A stretch of DNA of 64,000 nucleotides from Synechococcus sp. (GTDB lineage: Bacteria > Cyanobacteriota > Cyanobacteriia > Thermostichales > PCC-7336): assembly GCA_051439605.1 (NCBI GenBank), contig JBFRWN010000013.1, positions 32,001 to 96,000 of the forward strand, in the 5' to 3' direction. Positions 29,000 to 39,434 of this stretch are shown here, piece by piece. The notes under the pieces were generated by a model, which was not told the origin of the DNA, did no database searches, and worked only from the letters and a program-made list of their open reading frames with translations. Made by a program: the position numbers and the translations under genes. The number at the start of each line of letters is the position of its first letter. Within the stretch, counting starts at the first letter, position 1.

Positions 29000-29149
29000 G
29001 AGCCAGTTATGAGCAGGGAAATTCCTAAAACTAAGCCCCAAAAGAAGATGGACTCAAGCCGGACAAAACCGTCAACGGAAAAAGAGTGCTGCAGAACTCT
29101 TCTACCGCACTCTTAGGATTATTTAGGGACTAGCAAGCTGCCTTGATGA

Positions 29150-29437
29150 CTATCTAGCTAGAGACTTCTCTTTCCTCTTGCCGGAAGGTTCGGAGGGGGC
29201 TTCTGTCAGAGATTGAATGTTGGACAGATAAGCTTTTAGATCTTGACCGACGCGATTGCGATCGCCTTTTCCAAGTTGAGAGAGATTAATCTTGATTGCT
29301 TTAGGCATGTATACATAGTTAACGTTAGCCCAATAAATATAACCCATGAAGGACCTTATTGCACCGACGGAAAACCGAACCTTAGAAATATTCGGTAATG
29401 GGTCGATGACCTCTTGAGCACCTGTACGATTAAGCAT
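29150..29437 (-). CDS. Hypothetical protein
   Basis: ORF only. No motif and uncertain start. Confidence 0.3.
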   Translation of the reverse strand: MLNRTGAQEVIDPLPNISKVRFSVGAIRSFMGYIYWANVNYVYMPKAIKINLSQLGKGDRNRVGQDLKAYLSNIQSLTEAPSEPSGKRKEKSLAR

Positions 29438-29611
29438 TCTCTACCATGCCTTTGCTTTAAAATGTATTAGTTTTGCACGTACATCAATATGATTGACGCT
29501 TCTCCGATGCCCTGAAGTGAAGCCCTAATCCAATGGGATTGACTTCGTTAAATTGAACGAACCTACAGGCTTATCGTTCACTTCTTCGGTCATTACTTTA
29601 ACAACAGACGA

Positions 29612-29720
29612 GTCTCAGAGAACATCACCCATCCCCGTAAGGTGTAAGGCCGGAAGTCAGCGGAAAACATCCACACGCCGCAAACCTACGTAGAGCGGTT
29701 GAGGGGACTTGCAGAGAGAC
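29612..29720 (+). promoter_or_regulatory. Putative structured 5' leader RNA upstream of the TraB/GumN gene
   Basis: Nested pairings GTCTC/GAGAC, TCCCC/GGGGA, GTGT/ACAC, CCG-GAAGTCAG-CGG and CCGC/GCGG. Confidence 0.35.
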
Positions 29721-29783
29721 GATTAGGGGTTGGGCACTCTACTGTCATATTGTTTTCTCTGCCCTTCAAGCTCCCTTGCCATC

Positions 29784-30686
29784 ATGAAATTCATGCAGCA
29801 TTTTGCCAAAGCGACTCTCTGCTCGATGGCAGTGATCGCCCTGCAAGCCGGTCTGTCTCAACCCAGCAGCAGTCAAACTGAGAAGACATTTTTATGGGAA
29901 ATTGAAACCCTCACCAATAGTGTTTATTTATTAGGTTCTATCCATTTTTTACGTCCAACGGATTATCCACTCTCCCCTGCGGTGCAGGCGGCTTTTGACG
30001 ATGCGGAAAATCTGGTATTTGAAGTGCATCCTGCTGAAATGACCGATCCTGGGCTGGCCGTCAAATTTCTACAGGGGGCTGCTCCCGAAGGAAGCGATGA
30101 ATCCCTACAAAATGCCCTGACCTCTGAAGTGTACGCCCAAGCTAGGGATGCAGCCTCAGGAGTTGGTTTATCCATCGAACCCTTTAATCAATTTGAGCCC
30201 TGGTTTTTTGCGGTTACTCTTTCAGCCCAAAAGTTGGTTCAGCTGGGTTTTACTCCAAACAGTGGTGTGGAGATGTATCTATACAACCAGGCATTGAGTA
30301 GCGGAAAAGGGGTGTCCGGTTTAGAAACGGTGACGGAGCAACTGAGTTTTTTAGATAACTTATCCCCCGCTGCCCAGCGGGATTTTGTTACCCAGACAGT
30401 ACAGGAGGTGGAGCTGTTGGGGACAGTCCTAGACCCAATGGTGCAATCTTGGAAGGCTGGAGATGTGGAGCAGTTTGAAGACTTAACCGAGGCGAGTTTT
30501 GGTGGGGCATCCGAAATTCAAGACAGATTGCTAACGCAGCGCAATCACAATTGGATGCCCCAGATCGAATCTCTACTCAATCAAACCGACGATTATTTAG
30601 TGGTGGTAGGTTCAGCTCATATGGTGACCGACAGCGGTCTCATTAATCTGTTAGAAGCGAAAGGCTATTCCGTTCAGCAGCGCTAG
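29784..30686 (+). CDS. TraB/GumN family exported protein
   Basis: Signal peptide, FLWEI, YLLGSIH, GLET..EQL, RN.NW...I, VVVGSAH. Confidence 0.9.
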   Translation: MKFMQHFAKATLCSMAVIALQAGLSQPSSSQTEKTFLWEIETLTNSVYLLGSIHFLRPTDYPLSPAVQAAFDDAENLVFEVHPAEMTDPGLAVKFLQGAAPEGSDESLQNALTSEVYAQARDAASGVGLSIEPFNQFEPWFFAVTLSAQKLVQLGFTPNSGVEMYLYNQALSSGKGVSGLETVTEQLSFLDNLSPAAQRDFVTQTVQEVELLGTVLDPMVQSWKAGDVEQFEDLTEASFGGASEIQDRLLTQRNHNWMPQIESLLNQTDDYLVVVGSAHMVTDSGLINLLEAKGYSVQQR

Positions 30687-30718
30687 TCACTTAGGTTGTA
30701 TGCTCCAACAGCTCTTCC

Positions 30719-32425
30719 TCAGCCGACCTGTTCCTCTCGAGGACAGCGCTCTGAACGACTGACCCATAGCCGTTCCCAATTTTTAGCAGCCATCATCAAA
30801 TACAGTACGGCTCCATTTTCCAACCGACTTGCCAACAGTTCATGGCCGTGAATTCGCTTGCCATTCTTTTCTAGATAAAGGGGTGTAAAGCCTTCCGTGG
30901 CTGCAGATTCACTGAGACGTCTGTCGTGGAGGGGATGCCGAGGGGTCACTAAGGTGGCGATCGCAATCCACAAGCCATTGGAGGTGAGGCAATTGCCAAA
31001 GACCCTTCCACCGATTGCAGCAGCAGAAAAAGCTGGTGCTGCCAGTTCGGTCGGGCTCATCACCATATCAAAGTCAAACACTGTTTGAATTTGTCGGGCA
31101 AATTTTGGATCGTGCACCCGAACTAGCACCGGCAGACGAGGGGCCAAGCTTTTGGCAATGATGGCAATTTCAAGATTGACCGTATCGTTGCTGGTGACGG
31201 CCAGTAGCGAAGCAGCTTTATGAATATTCGCAGCCTTGAGCGTATCTGGGACGCTGGCATCCCCAATTAAAAACGGGATCTTTTGATTCCTTGCCGCACC
31301 TAAATAGCGACTATTCGGATCGCACTCAATCGCGACCTGCTCGATACCGATATCTCTGAACTGCTCTAAAATCTTGACCCCCACCCCCCCCAGACCGCAT
31401 AAAATGTGGTGTCCGCTGTTGGGCAACTGGATGGCGGTCCAAAGCTTTTGCAAGTGCATGCCCAAAATAAAATCATTCAGCAACGCGTAACAGATGCCAA
31501 TTACTCCAGCACCCACAAGCATCATCACGGCTGTGAAAACTTTGACGAGTGCCGAGGCTTGCTCTGCCACCTCCTCCTGCCCGCCAGCCCCGGTGATCAT
31601 TCCCATCGAGAAATACAGAGCATCGACCCAGGATATTTCCGAATTGCTGCTGATATAGGTTAGGGTTGCTACACCTATGGTGAGCATGAGTGCTAACAGA
31701 ACCCACAGTACCGCTTGACCTTGGTGACGTACCTGCACAAAGCTGCCCAGCAATCGTCGCATGCGAAACTTCAGGGGCGAGCGTCGCTGCCGTTGGGATG
31801 GACGGTTCGATAGCACCAACCGATCGCCCACCTCCAAGACATGCCCCTCCCGAACACCGGTCATTAAGTCCATATTGGACGTGGCAGAACGGTACGCAAT
31901 CAGCATGCGGGTGGGGTTTTCCCAAAGGGCCTGTAGCGATCGCCCACACCAAGGATGATCGGCTGCGATCGTTTGCTCTTCAATTGGCCAGTTGTAGTTA
32001 AACAGATGAAGCTGTCCGATCGCCCGATTGCCAAGGGCATTAAATGCAAAGATCGGGGCTACCAGAGACGTAACGCTCATGGATAAATGATCGGGCAATG
32101 TCCGATCTAAGCGCTCGCCCAAGCGGCTGTTAAACAATCGATTGACAATCCTGATATTGGGGTTGAGCAATCGGGCTTGGGTCATGACTGCAAGATTTAA
32201 TGCATCGTCATTGCTGGCCAGCAATAGAGTTTGGGCGTTATGTATGCCAGCAGCGATCAACGTCTTTTCTAAACGTATATCGCCAACGATGATGTCGTCG
32301 CGATCGCTGGGCAAAGGACGTTCGCTAATGCCAACAACATTAATATCCTGCTGCTTGAGGATGGAGAAGATATGATAGCCCGTTCGGCCTAATCCGCAGA
32401 CGATAACTTGAGGCACTATAACCAT
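30719..32425 (-). CDS. TrkA/RCK-domain potassium channel-like protein
   Basis: Two NAD-binding RCK-N motifs (VCGLGRTG, LCGLGGVG) flank a 2-TM pore region DALYFS.GMITGAGG. Confidence 0.88.
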   Translation of the reverse strand: MVIVPQVIVCGLGRTGYHIFSILKQQDINVVGISERPLPSDRDDIIVGDIRLEKTLIAAGIHNAQTLLLASNDDALNLAVMTQARLLNPNIRIVNRLFNSRLGERLDRTLPDHLSMSVTSLVAPIFAFNALGNRAIGQLHLFNYNWPIEEQTIAADHPWCGRSLQALWENPTRMLIAYRSATSNMDLMTGVREGHVLEVGDRLVLSNRPSQRQRRSPLKFRMRRLLGSFVQVRHQGQAVLWVLLALMLTIGVATLTYISSNSEISWVDALYFSMGMITGAGGQEEVAEQASALVKVFTAVMMLVGAGVIGICYALLNDFILGMHLQKLWTAIQLPNSGHHILCGLGGVGVKILEQFRDIGIEQVAIECDPNSRYLGAARNQKIPFLIGDASVPDTLKAANIHKAASLLAVTSNDTVNLEIAIIAKSLAPRLPVLVRVHDPKFARQIQTVFDFDMVMSPTELAAPAFSAAAIGGRVFGNCLTSNGLWIAIATLVTPRHPLHDRRLSESAATEGFTPLYLEKNGKRIHGHELLASRLENGAVLYLMMAAKNWERLWVSRSERCPREEQVG

Positions 32426-32759
32426 TGGCCAATCTAAGTAGGTCCCCAAAACCTATGCTGCAGCTTTGTCGGAGACCACCTCATAAACTGCACAATATAT
32501 TTAGACTGCACACTAGACTTCATCATTGTCTAGCCAATTGGGCAGCTAAATTTTCTTTGACCTTGAGGGGATGAAGTGCAGGCAAACTGCGGAGATATGC
32601 AAATTAAACTGGCACAAAACAAATGTGCACATGTATCTCCCCGTCTCATCCGAAATTCTTCATTGAGGCTGAAAGCAAGCCCCTTACATAACGAAAACAG
32701 TCACAGGACTTGACCGATCGCCTGTGCCAGAATTGAGGTGGATCGTTAGGTTTACAGCC

Positions 32760-32852
32760 ATGAAAGATATTTACAATTCCACTCAAGAAGATGCAATTTC
32801 TCTCTCTTTGTTCATCGTACTGTTTGTTGTGATTTCACTGATATTGATCTAA
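32760..32852 (+). CDS. Putative 30-aa single-TM peptide
   Basis: MKDIYNSTQEDAISLSLFIVLFVVISLILI* has a hydrophobic C-terminus. A GAGGTGG-like element lies upstream but farther from the start than usual. Confidence 0.35.
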   Translation: MKDIYNSTQEDAISLSLFIVLFVVISLILI

Positions 32853-33338
32853 ATCTGATGGGTCTCGCTGCTCTTCTCTAAGTTTGGGGCTAGCCAAGCA
32901 AAGATGTGGGGCTATGGTACCGACCGTGAAATCCGATAAAGCCACAATCCAAGGCTAGGGGTTGGGTTAAGCTTCGAGGCTATACCTTGTTTTATTCCTG
33001 CGATCGGCATCCAGACTCTTGCCAACCTTCGAATTGCTAAGCAATGTCGCTCGGGTTCCGAAACCAAATCAGTCTGGCGAATCGTAGCAATAATGCATCT
33101 AATATTTGGAGCACTAGGCATAGAGAGGACAAACACTGTTGCGGGGTCAGCTTATAGACTATAGGCTCCATGAACCTTTGGGACTCGCGGGTTAAATTTA
33201 CAAATCAACTATTGGTGTGTTTTTGACATGATTCGCCTGGGTGGCAGGGTATTTCAGCGCAAGTCCCTGAATTGTACGATCTGAAGCAGAAGATCGTGAA
33301 CGCCCTTCAAAACCCAGAAGGGCTTATTCGCAAGCAAT

Positions 33339-33974
33339 TTACTTGTTCGGTTGCGGAGTCATTCTTAGATAGGGCTTAACCTCCGTCACCCCCTTGGGAA
33401 ATTTTACTTGGGCATCAGTAGTTGAAATTGCAGGGGAAACCACTACATCTTCTCCATCTTGCCAATTAACTGGAGTCGCTACGCTGTAGTTATCCGTCAA
33501 CTGAAGAGAGTCGAGCACCCTTAGGATTTCACCAAAATTTCGGCCAGTGCTAGGAGGGTACGTGATGGTTAGACGTACTTTTTTGTTGGGGTCGATGACG
33601 AAAACCGTGCGAACCGTCACTTTCGCATTGGCATTCGGGTGAATCATTCCATATAAATTGGCAACTGATTTGTCCTCATCGGCAATGATGGGGTAGTTCA
33701 CACTGCAACTTTGTGTCTCATCAATGTCCCCAATCCAGCCGTTGTGGGACTCAACGCCATCAACACTTAACGCAATCACCTTGGCATTGCGTTCGGCAAA
33801 CGCAGACTTTAGTTTGGCAACCTCCCCTAATTCTGTGGTGCATACAGGGGTAAAGTCTGCGGGATGAGAGAAGAAGACGACCCAGCTGTCCCCAGCCCAG
33901 TCATAGAAAGAGATATCGCCAGAGGTGGACTTTTGAGTGAAATTCGGAGCAGTATCACCAAGTTGGAGTGACAT
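33339..33974 (-). CDS. 1-Cys peroxiredoxin
   Basis: FSHPADFTPVCTTE, YPPSTGRNF.E.LR..DSLQLT, ATPVNW. Confidence 0.95.
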   Translation of the reverse strand: MSLQLGDTAPNFTQKSTSGDISFYDWAGDSWVVFFSHPADFTPVCTTELGEVAKLKSAFAERNAKVIALSVDGVESHNGWIGDIDETQSCSVNYPIIADEDKSVANLYGMIHPNANAKVTVRTVFVIDPNKKVRLTITYPPSTGRNFGEILRVLDSLQLTDNYSVATPVNWQDGEDVVVSPAISTTDAQVKFPKGVTEVKPYLRMTPQPNK

Positions 33975-34309
33975 AAGATGTCTCCTAGATTCGGAACTGT
34001 GTACGTATAACCTGCTAGTTAGACATTATTCTGGCACCCACTCCAGTATGCCGATGGGAATTAAGGAGTTTCTTAGGATCGCTATATTGAGGAACAACAT
34101 TTGCCGACCTTTCCTTCCACAGGTCACTTTTCCGCAAGCTCATCTAGCCTGATTGCTTTGCCGCAAAATTTCGCCGCGCTAGATGAAATCCTAGCAGCAC
34201 CGCCACATTCGTCAAATGCGAGCTTCAAATAACCAGTCTCCAGAAAAAGAGGTGATATTTGAAAGCTAATACCACCTCTCAAGCTGAACAAAATGTTTGA
34301 AAAAAAGTT

Positions 34310-35323
34310 CTAGACCGTAATGCTCTGTTGAGATCGAAGCTGGCTGAGTTTGGCAGAAATCGCAGGATTAAACTGGGGCATGACTTGCGCTGCTGTAAAG
34401 CAACCATAAATTTTCTGTTGATGCAGCCAATGGGCAGATTGCATATAACCCAGAACAGGGCCATTAACATTGGCAGCCATACTGGTCTCATTCCCAAAAG
34501 AGAATGTGTGGGTACTTTGTTTGCCCTCAAACGTAATACCGGTGAGCTTCATAGTGGTTTGCAGGGGTTTGCGAGGATTGCGCGTATCAATAATGCCCCC
34601 AACTTTGACGCGCTCGCGGGGGCAAACTCCTGCCATCTCCAACATCAAGTTATCCGCATGTTCCATATTGGTGAGGTGCATTAAGCCATTGGTTTTATCC
34701 AGCAGCGCATCGATTTCCTCATCAGACAATGATTGTGCCATACCTATATTGAAGCCATCCATGTGGCCAATATCCTCGCGAATGGTGCCTCGGTAGCGAT
34801 CCCAGTTATCAATGCCGACACCAAATTGAATATCTACTGACAGGACTTCTACATAACTTTGAGCGGCCAAAGCAGCAGCTGAGGTCAGTACACCAGGTGT
34901 TGCACCTGCTCCCGTTATGTAAGTGATACCGGCAGCCTTTAATGCCTCCGATCGATCGAGCACCATCTCCATGGCAGAGGTGCGCTTGATGGCGTCTGCC
35001 ACCACCCCTTTAAATCCCGATGCAATTAAGCGATCGATGACAGAGGGAATAAAGTCATTGGGAAGATTGGGCAAAGCTAAGAAAATTGCATCAATCTCAG
35101 AGCCGCGATCGATGGGGAGTTGGTCGATCGCCCGTTCGCACAGCACCCCACCTGGCAACATGGCGCATCCATGGAAGTCGTCACCCAAAGGTCCAATTCC
35201 ATCAGGATCGAATGCATATCCCGATCGATCCAGAATGGCAACCGCCTTGATGTTCTGTTTGTATTGCACCAATGACAGCATGGAGCGACCCAACCCACCT
35301 GTCCCAAAAATTGCCAAACGCAT
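34310..35323 (-). CDS. bioU: BioU (biotin synthesis; replaces BioA), Rossmann-fold dehydrogenase-like
   Basis: GTGGLG, FLALPNLPN.FI, DAIKRTSA, TG.GATPG.LT.AAALAAQSY, FGVGI.NW..YR.TIREDI.H and EHAD match my recollection of cyanobacterial BioU. bioD is 2.5 kb away. Confidence 0.8.
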   Translation of the reverse strand: MRLAIFGTGGLGRSMLSLVQYKQNIKAVAILDRSGYAFDPDGIGPLGDDFHGCAMLPGGVLCERAIDQLPIDRGSEIDAIFLALPNLPNDFIPSVIDRLIASGFKGVVADAIKRTSAMEMVLDRSEALKAAGITYITGAGATPGVLTSAAALAAQSYVEVLSVDIQFGVGIDNWDRYRGTIREDIGHMDGFNIGMAQSLSDEEIDALLDKTNGLMHLTNMEHADNLMLEMAGVCPRERVKVGGIIDTRNPRKPLQTTMKLTGITFEGKQSTHTFSFGNETSMAANVNGPVLGYMQSAHWLHQQKIYGCFTAAQVMPQFNPAISAKLSQLRSQQSITV

Positions 35324-35520
35324 TTTCTATATCCCCAAATCTATTCGGCTGCTAATTTTACTTCTGTTCAGCAGTTGAACCCACACTCTAGCCAGAAGAA
35401 TTCTAGAGGGTACAGCGTTCGTAACCGTACTGTATCTCCTGAAATCTAATTTCAGCCTGAAGTTCGATCGTCACCAATGTCAGACTGTCAGGCTGGAAAA
35501 TCGACCGGAGTATTGAGAGC

Positions 35521-36684
35521 CTATTTGCCCATACCCAACTGTTGAGCCTTCTGGTAGACCTTGCCCTCGGTAAGCAGAGATGGGGCAATTACAACATCCA
35601 CCTGCTGCATTTCCTTAATGGTTCCAGCCCCTAAAGTCCCCATACTAGTTTGAAGAGCCCCCAGCAGATTGTGGGTGCCGTCGTCTAGTTTGGCGGGACC
35701 CCGCAGAATCTCTTGAATGGTGCCCGTTGTACCCACACGGATGCGAGTGCCTCGAGGCAACAAAGGGCTAGGAGTCGCCATTCCCCAGTGATAATCGCCT
35801 CCAGGAGCTTCAGCAGCACGGGCGATGGGGGAACCGATCATGACAGCATCGGCTCCACAAGCGATGCACTTGCAAATGTCGCCGCCTGTTATCAAACCAC
35901 CATCAGCAATTACAGGGACGTAGCGTCCCGATTCCTGTTCGTAATCGTCGCGGGCTGCTGTACAGTCCGCCACTGCGGTGGCTTGGGGAACTCCAACTCC
36001 CAGCACACCCCGTGACGTGCAGGCGGCTCCGGGGCCAATACCGACCAAAACCGCTGCTGCGCCAGCCCGCATCAGCTCTAAGGTGACATCGTAGGTGACG
36101 CAGTTACCGATCGCCACAGGAATGGGCATGTCGCGACAAAACTGCTTCAGGTCAAGCGGAGTAATGCCATCGGGCGCAGTGTGATCGGTGGACACAACTG
36201 TCGCCTGTACGAAGTACATGTCTCCGCCAGCTTCAGCCACTAATGGGCCGTATTTGGCTGCGTTTGCAGGGGTTGAGCTAGCGGCCGCAATGCCCCCCTT
36301 TTGCTTAATTTCGCGAATGCGCTGTTGAATCAGCTCCGGTTTGACTGGCTCGCCGTATAGCTGCTGCATAAGCGGCACAAACTCTGTGGGACCCACGCTC
36401 GCAATCTTGTTCAAAATGGGCTCGGGGTCTTCGTAGCGGGTCTGAATACCGTCGAGGTTGAGAACCCCCAGAGCGCCTAATTCGGAAAGCAGCACTGCCA
36501 TGCGTACATCCACAACGCCATCCATCGCGCTGGCAATAATGGGTACCTCCCGCTCGAACCCACCAATGCTCCAGCGAGTGTCGACCACATTGGGATCGAG
36601 GGTGCGGTTGCCTGGGCACAGGGCAATTTCGTCGAAACCGTATGCCCGACGGGCTGTTTTTCCGCGACCTAGTTGAATATCCAC
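35521..36684 (-). CDS. GuaB3-type IMP dehydrogenase
   Basis: [47 protein letters not shown]. Probable GTG start at 36684. Confidence 0.93.
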   Translation of the reverse strand: MDIQLGRGKTARRAYGFDEIALCPGNRTLDPNVVDTRWSIGGFEREVPIIASAMDGVVDVRMAVLLSELGALGVLNLDGIQTRYEDPEPILNKIASVGPTEFVPLMQQLYGEPVKPELIQQRIREIKQKGGIAAASSTPANAAKYGPLVAEAGGDMYFVQATVVSTDHTAPDGITPLDLKQFCRDMPIPVAIGNCVTYDVTLELMRAGAAAVLVGIGPGAACTSRGVLGVGVPQATAVADCTAARDDYEQESGRYVPVIADGGLITGGDICKCIACGADAVMIGSPIARAAEAPGGDYHWGMATPSPLLPRGTRIRVGTTGTIQEILRGPAKLDDGTHNLLGALQTSMGTLGAGTIKEMQQVDVVIAPSLLTEGKVYQKAQQLGMGK

Positions 36685-36808
36685 GTTAGTGAAACGTCCT
36701 CGAGATGCTGAACCGTCATAACAGGGTATCAAAGGGATTTTCAGGGTGTCAAAAGCAAAATCGCAGAAGTAAACTTGAAAATTTAGATATTTATAAAGTT
36801 TTAATTTC

Positions 36809-37750
36809 TCAGTCAATTTCTCTAACGAATGGAGAAATTGCTGTTACAAAGCCTCGACTGTTTTCATAGGGCAAGACATTACGACCAGGAATCACGCAGC
36901 CATTTGCTTGGGGCAAGCATTCGAGGTAGTCGTTCAGGCGATCTCCTGCGGGCTCCACCTGGCCAGTTCGGCTAATACTGGAGGCTTGCTCCCCAAAGAC
37001 GACATAGGTGGGTTGTTGCATGTTTGCTAAGAGGGGGCGGTAGTCTTTACGCCAAAAGCCTGCAAGAAAGGCAAACACGGCATGACGAGAGGCCATATCC
37101 CTCGATCCCCAATGCAGTTGGTCAAGCCATTCGCGATCGACAGAGGTGGTCTCTGCAAATAATTTCCTCTGAGAGAAAGATTGCAAAAATGCTTCGCGAC
37201 GAGCATAGCGGTAGAACCCATTCCCGAGGGGAGATTGAAACAGACTCCAAGCCAGTGTCTGCTGCCATCCTGCTGTAGTTTGGCTCACAATAGACCAGGC
37301 GGGTGGTCCAGACCAAATCTGGGCTGCAATCCAGTCCGCTCCCTTTGAAGGCTGGACGAGTTCCAATGCTACAGGCATCAGCGCTCCCTGGGCCACCACA
37401 ATGACGGGTTCCTCAATAACAGACTCGATAAAGTACAGTAGCTGTTCGGCCCAATCTAAGGGTCGGTAGGCGATCGCTGGCATGTCGCTGTCCCCACAGC
37501 CCAGTAGGTCAGGGTTGTAAATGGCTCTAGATGGTTCGATCTCGTGCCATGCTGCACAAAACCGATGCCAGAAAGGTCTTGCCAACCCGACCCCAATGGG
37601 ATGTATCAGCAGGAGGGGAGGCTGAGTGATACTGCGATCCTTTGGTTCGTGAATTTCGTAGGCACACCGAAAATTTTTCCACTGATAAAACTGAACTGCG
37701 GCGGCAGGGGACTGATCAGAGGGGGATCTGGAAGGTTTGGATGATTGCAC
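36809..37750 (-). CDS. Alpha/beta-fold hydrolase-like protein
   Basis: PLLLIHPIGVGL, PDLLGCGDSDMP, GRNVLPYE. The elbow reads AQGA, so it lacks the canonical Ser. Confidence 0.8.
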   Translation of the reverse strand: MQSSKPSRSPSDQSPAAAVQFYQWKNFRCAYEIHEPKDRSITQPPLLLIHPIGVGLARPFWHRFCAAWHEIEPSRAIYNPDLLGCGDSDMPAIAYRPLDWAEQLLYFIESVIEEPVIVVAQGALMPVALELVQPSKGADWIAAQIWSGPPAWSIVSQTTAGWQQTLAWSLFQSPLGNGFYRYARREAFLQSFSQRKLFAETTSVDREWLDQLHWGSRDMASRHAVFAFLAGFWRKDYRPLLANMQQPTYVVFGEQASSISRTGQVEPAGDRLNDYLECLPQANGCVIPGRNVLPYENSRGFVTAISPFVREID

Positions 37751-37841
37751 GGTGGCCCGGAAAGAAAGCAGCTTTACATACGGTATCGGATTAATCCCGA
37801 ACCAACATGGAGCGGAAACACTTGACTAAGTTCTCTATCGA

Positions 37842-38588
37842 CTATGGGTTTCCGATGCCCTCATGGGAGCGCACAATCTGGTCAATCAGTGGATCGATAT
37901 GCCGCTTGGCCTCATCCATATTGGTTGGGAAGAACTGGTGCATATAAGGCAACGAATAAGAGGAAACCACACCGCTGAGCTGTTGGATAAAGCGGGAGGC
38001 AGTCGCTAGGATTGGGTCGCTGGAGTCTAAACCTTCACGACCGTAGGCCACCACCATAGCCAAGACCTCTAGGCCAATGTGATGCGCATAGTTCAAGGAA
38101 AGGGTGGTGTGGTTGATGGTCCCTAAATTGGGGCGAGTCACCAAGACTAACGGCAATTTCCAGCGAATCGCTAAATCTGAAACGGTTAGATGTTGCGTTA
38201 GGGGAACCGCTAATCCGCCTGCTCCCTCCACAACAACGGCATCGCACTGTTGCTGAAGTGCATGAAAGTCGCGATCGAGCTTACATACATCTATATGGAC
38301 GGGGGGCTTAGATAACTCTGCTGCCAGTTGTGGTGCGGCTGGAAGTTCTAGGGCATAGCTGCAAAGAGTAAGAGTTTGCGGTGCGAAATGTTCCACAAGC
38401 TGGCAATCGGGAGCCAACCATTGAGAACAATTGGAAGAGGGGCAAGGGTCGGGAAGTGCTCCACTCTGTACGGGTTTGAAGTAACCCACCCTCAACCCTC
38501 GCAATGCAAGGACACGACAGATTAGGCCACTGACCACCGTTTTACCGACATTGGTATCGGTGCCACCGACAAAAATGCAATGGGTCAT
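37842..38588 (-). CDS. bioD: Dethiobiotin synthase
   Basis: GTDTNVGKT, FKPVQSG, VEGAGGL.VP, LGTINHT.L. Confidence 0.95.
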   Translation of the reverse strand: MTHCIFVGGTDTNVGKTVVSGLICRVLALRGLRVGYFKPVQSGALPDPCPSSNCSQWLAPDCQLVEHFAPQTLTLCSYALELPAAPQLAAELSKPPVHIDVCKLDRDFHALQQQCDAVVVEGAGGLAVPLTQHLTVSDLAIRWKLPLVLVTRPNLGTINHTTLSLNYAHHIGLEVLAMVVAYGREGLDSSDPILATASRFIQQLSGVVSSYSLPYMHQFFPTNMDEAKRHIDPLIDQIVRSHEGIGNP

Positions 38589-38596
38589 TCTAGAAA

Positions 38597-39124
38597 CTAG
38601 CCATGGCTGCGGGGTTGCGTCGCATCCCCAATTGGCGCACCAAAGGAAGACACCGGACCGGCGACTGTTGCTGTCTGAAGGGGTTGACCGGTTCGTAAAG
38701 CCAATAGGTTGCTAGCCACGATCGCCTTTGGCTGCTCGCCAATAGCAGTCCCCAAAGATTTTCCTTGGCTATTTAAGAACTCAAAGTGGGGGATGCCATT
38801 AACGCGATAGGTGGTGAGCTCGGGCAGCCATTTTGTGTTGTCCACGTTGAGCATGACGAAATTGATATCTTCACTAAATTCATCTTCCAGCTCTGCCAAA
38901 GTTGGAGCCATTGCTCGACAAGTGGTACACCAATCGGCATAAAACTCGATTAGAGTGGGCTTACCATTGGCTTGAGCCACCTCAATCGGCATAGCTTTAG
39001 CGGCGATAGCCTCCAACCCCACTTGGCTATCCTGCATTCGGGTTGTTAAAAACAACCCCAATCCCAACAAGACTGCGGCGATCGCAATAGCACTGTTACG
39101 CAGCTTTACAGAGATATTTGACAA
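38597..39124 (-). CDS. txlA: Membrane-anchored thioredoxin (TxlA/HCF164-like)
   Basis: N-terminal TM, EFYADWCTTC, FVMLNVDN.KW..E...Y.V.GIPHF. Confidence 0.85.
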   Translation of the reverse strand: MSNISVKLRNSAIAIAAVLLGLGLFLTTRMQDSQVGLEAIAAKAMPIEVAQANGKPTLIEFYADWCTTCRAMAPTLAELEDEFSEDINFVMLNVDNTKWLPELTTYRVNGIPHFEFLNSQGKSLGTAIGEQPKAIVASNLLALRTGQPLQTATVAGPVSSFGAPIGDATQPRSHG

Positions 39125-39434
39125 CGCTCATCTCAAAATTCTTCAGTCTCCAGTATGTCACTGCCCGCTAATTCGCGGGTAGGAAACAGGCAGGCAAGGT
39201 AGCAAACATTAAATCGAATTTGTAACAGCTATCCGTTTTCTAAGTTTGTTCATTGGAGTTCAGAGATTCGAGAGTAGATTTTCAAGCTATTGAGATGAGA
39301 AATTCTTAGTGTTGGTCAACCTCGATATCTGGCAAGCCGAACAGAAACCGCTAGAGTAGCACTGTCGGGTTGATTAACCCAGGCTAGCGAGCATTCAGTT
39401 CCGTCCATCTTTGCATTCACACCTTTCTAGACTT

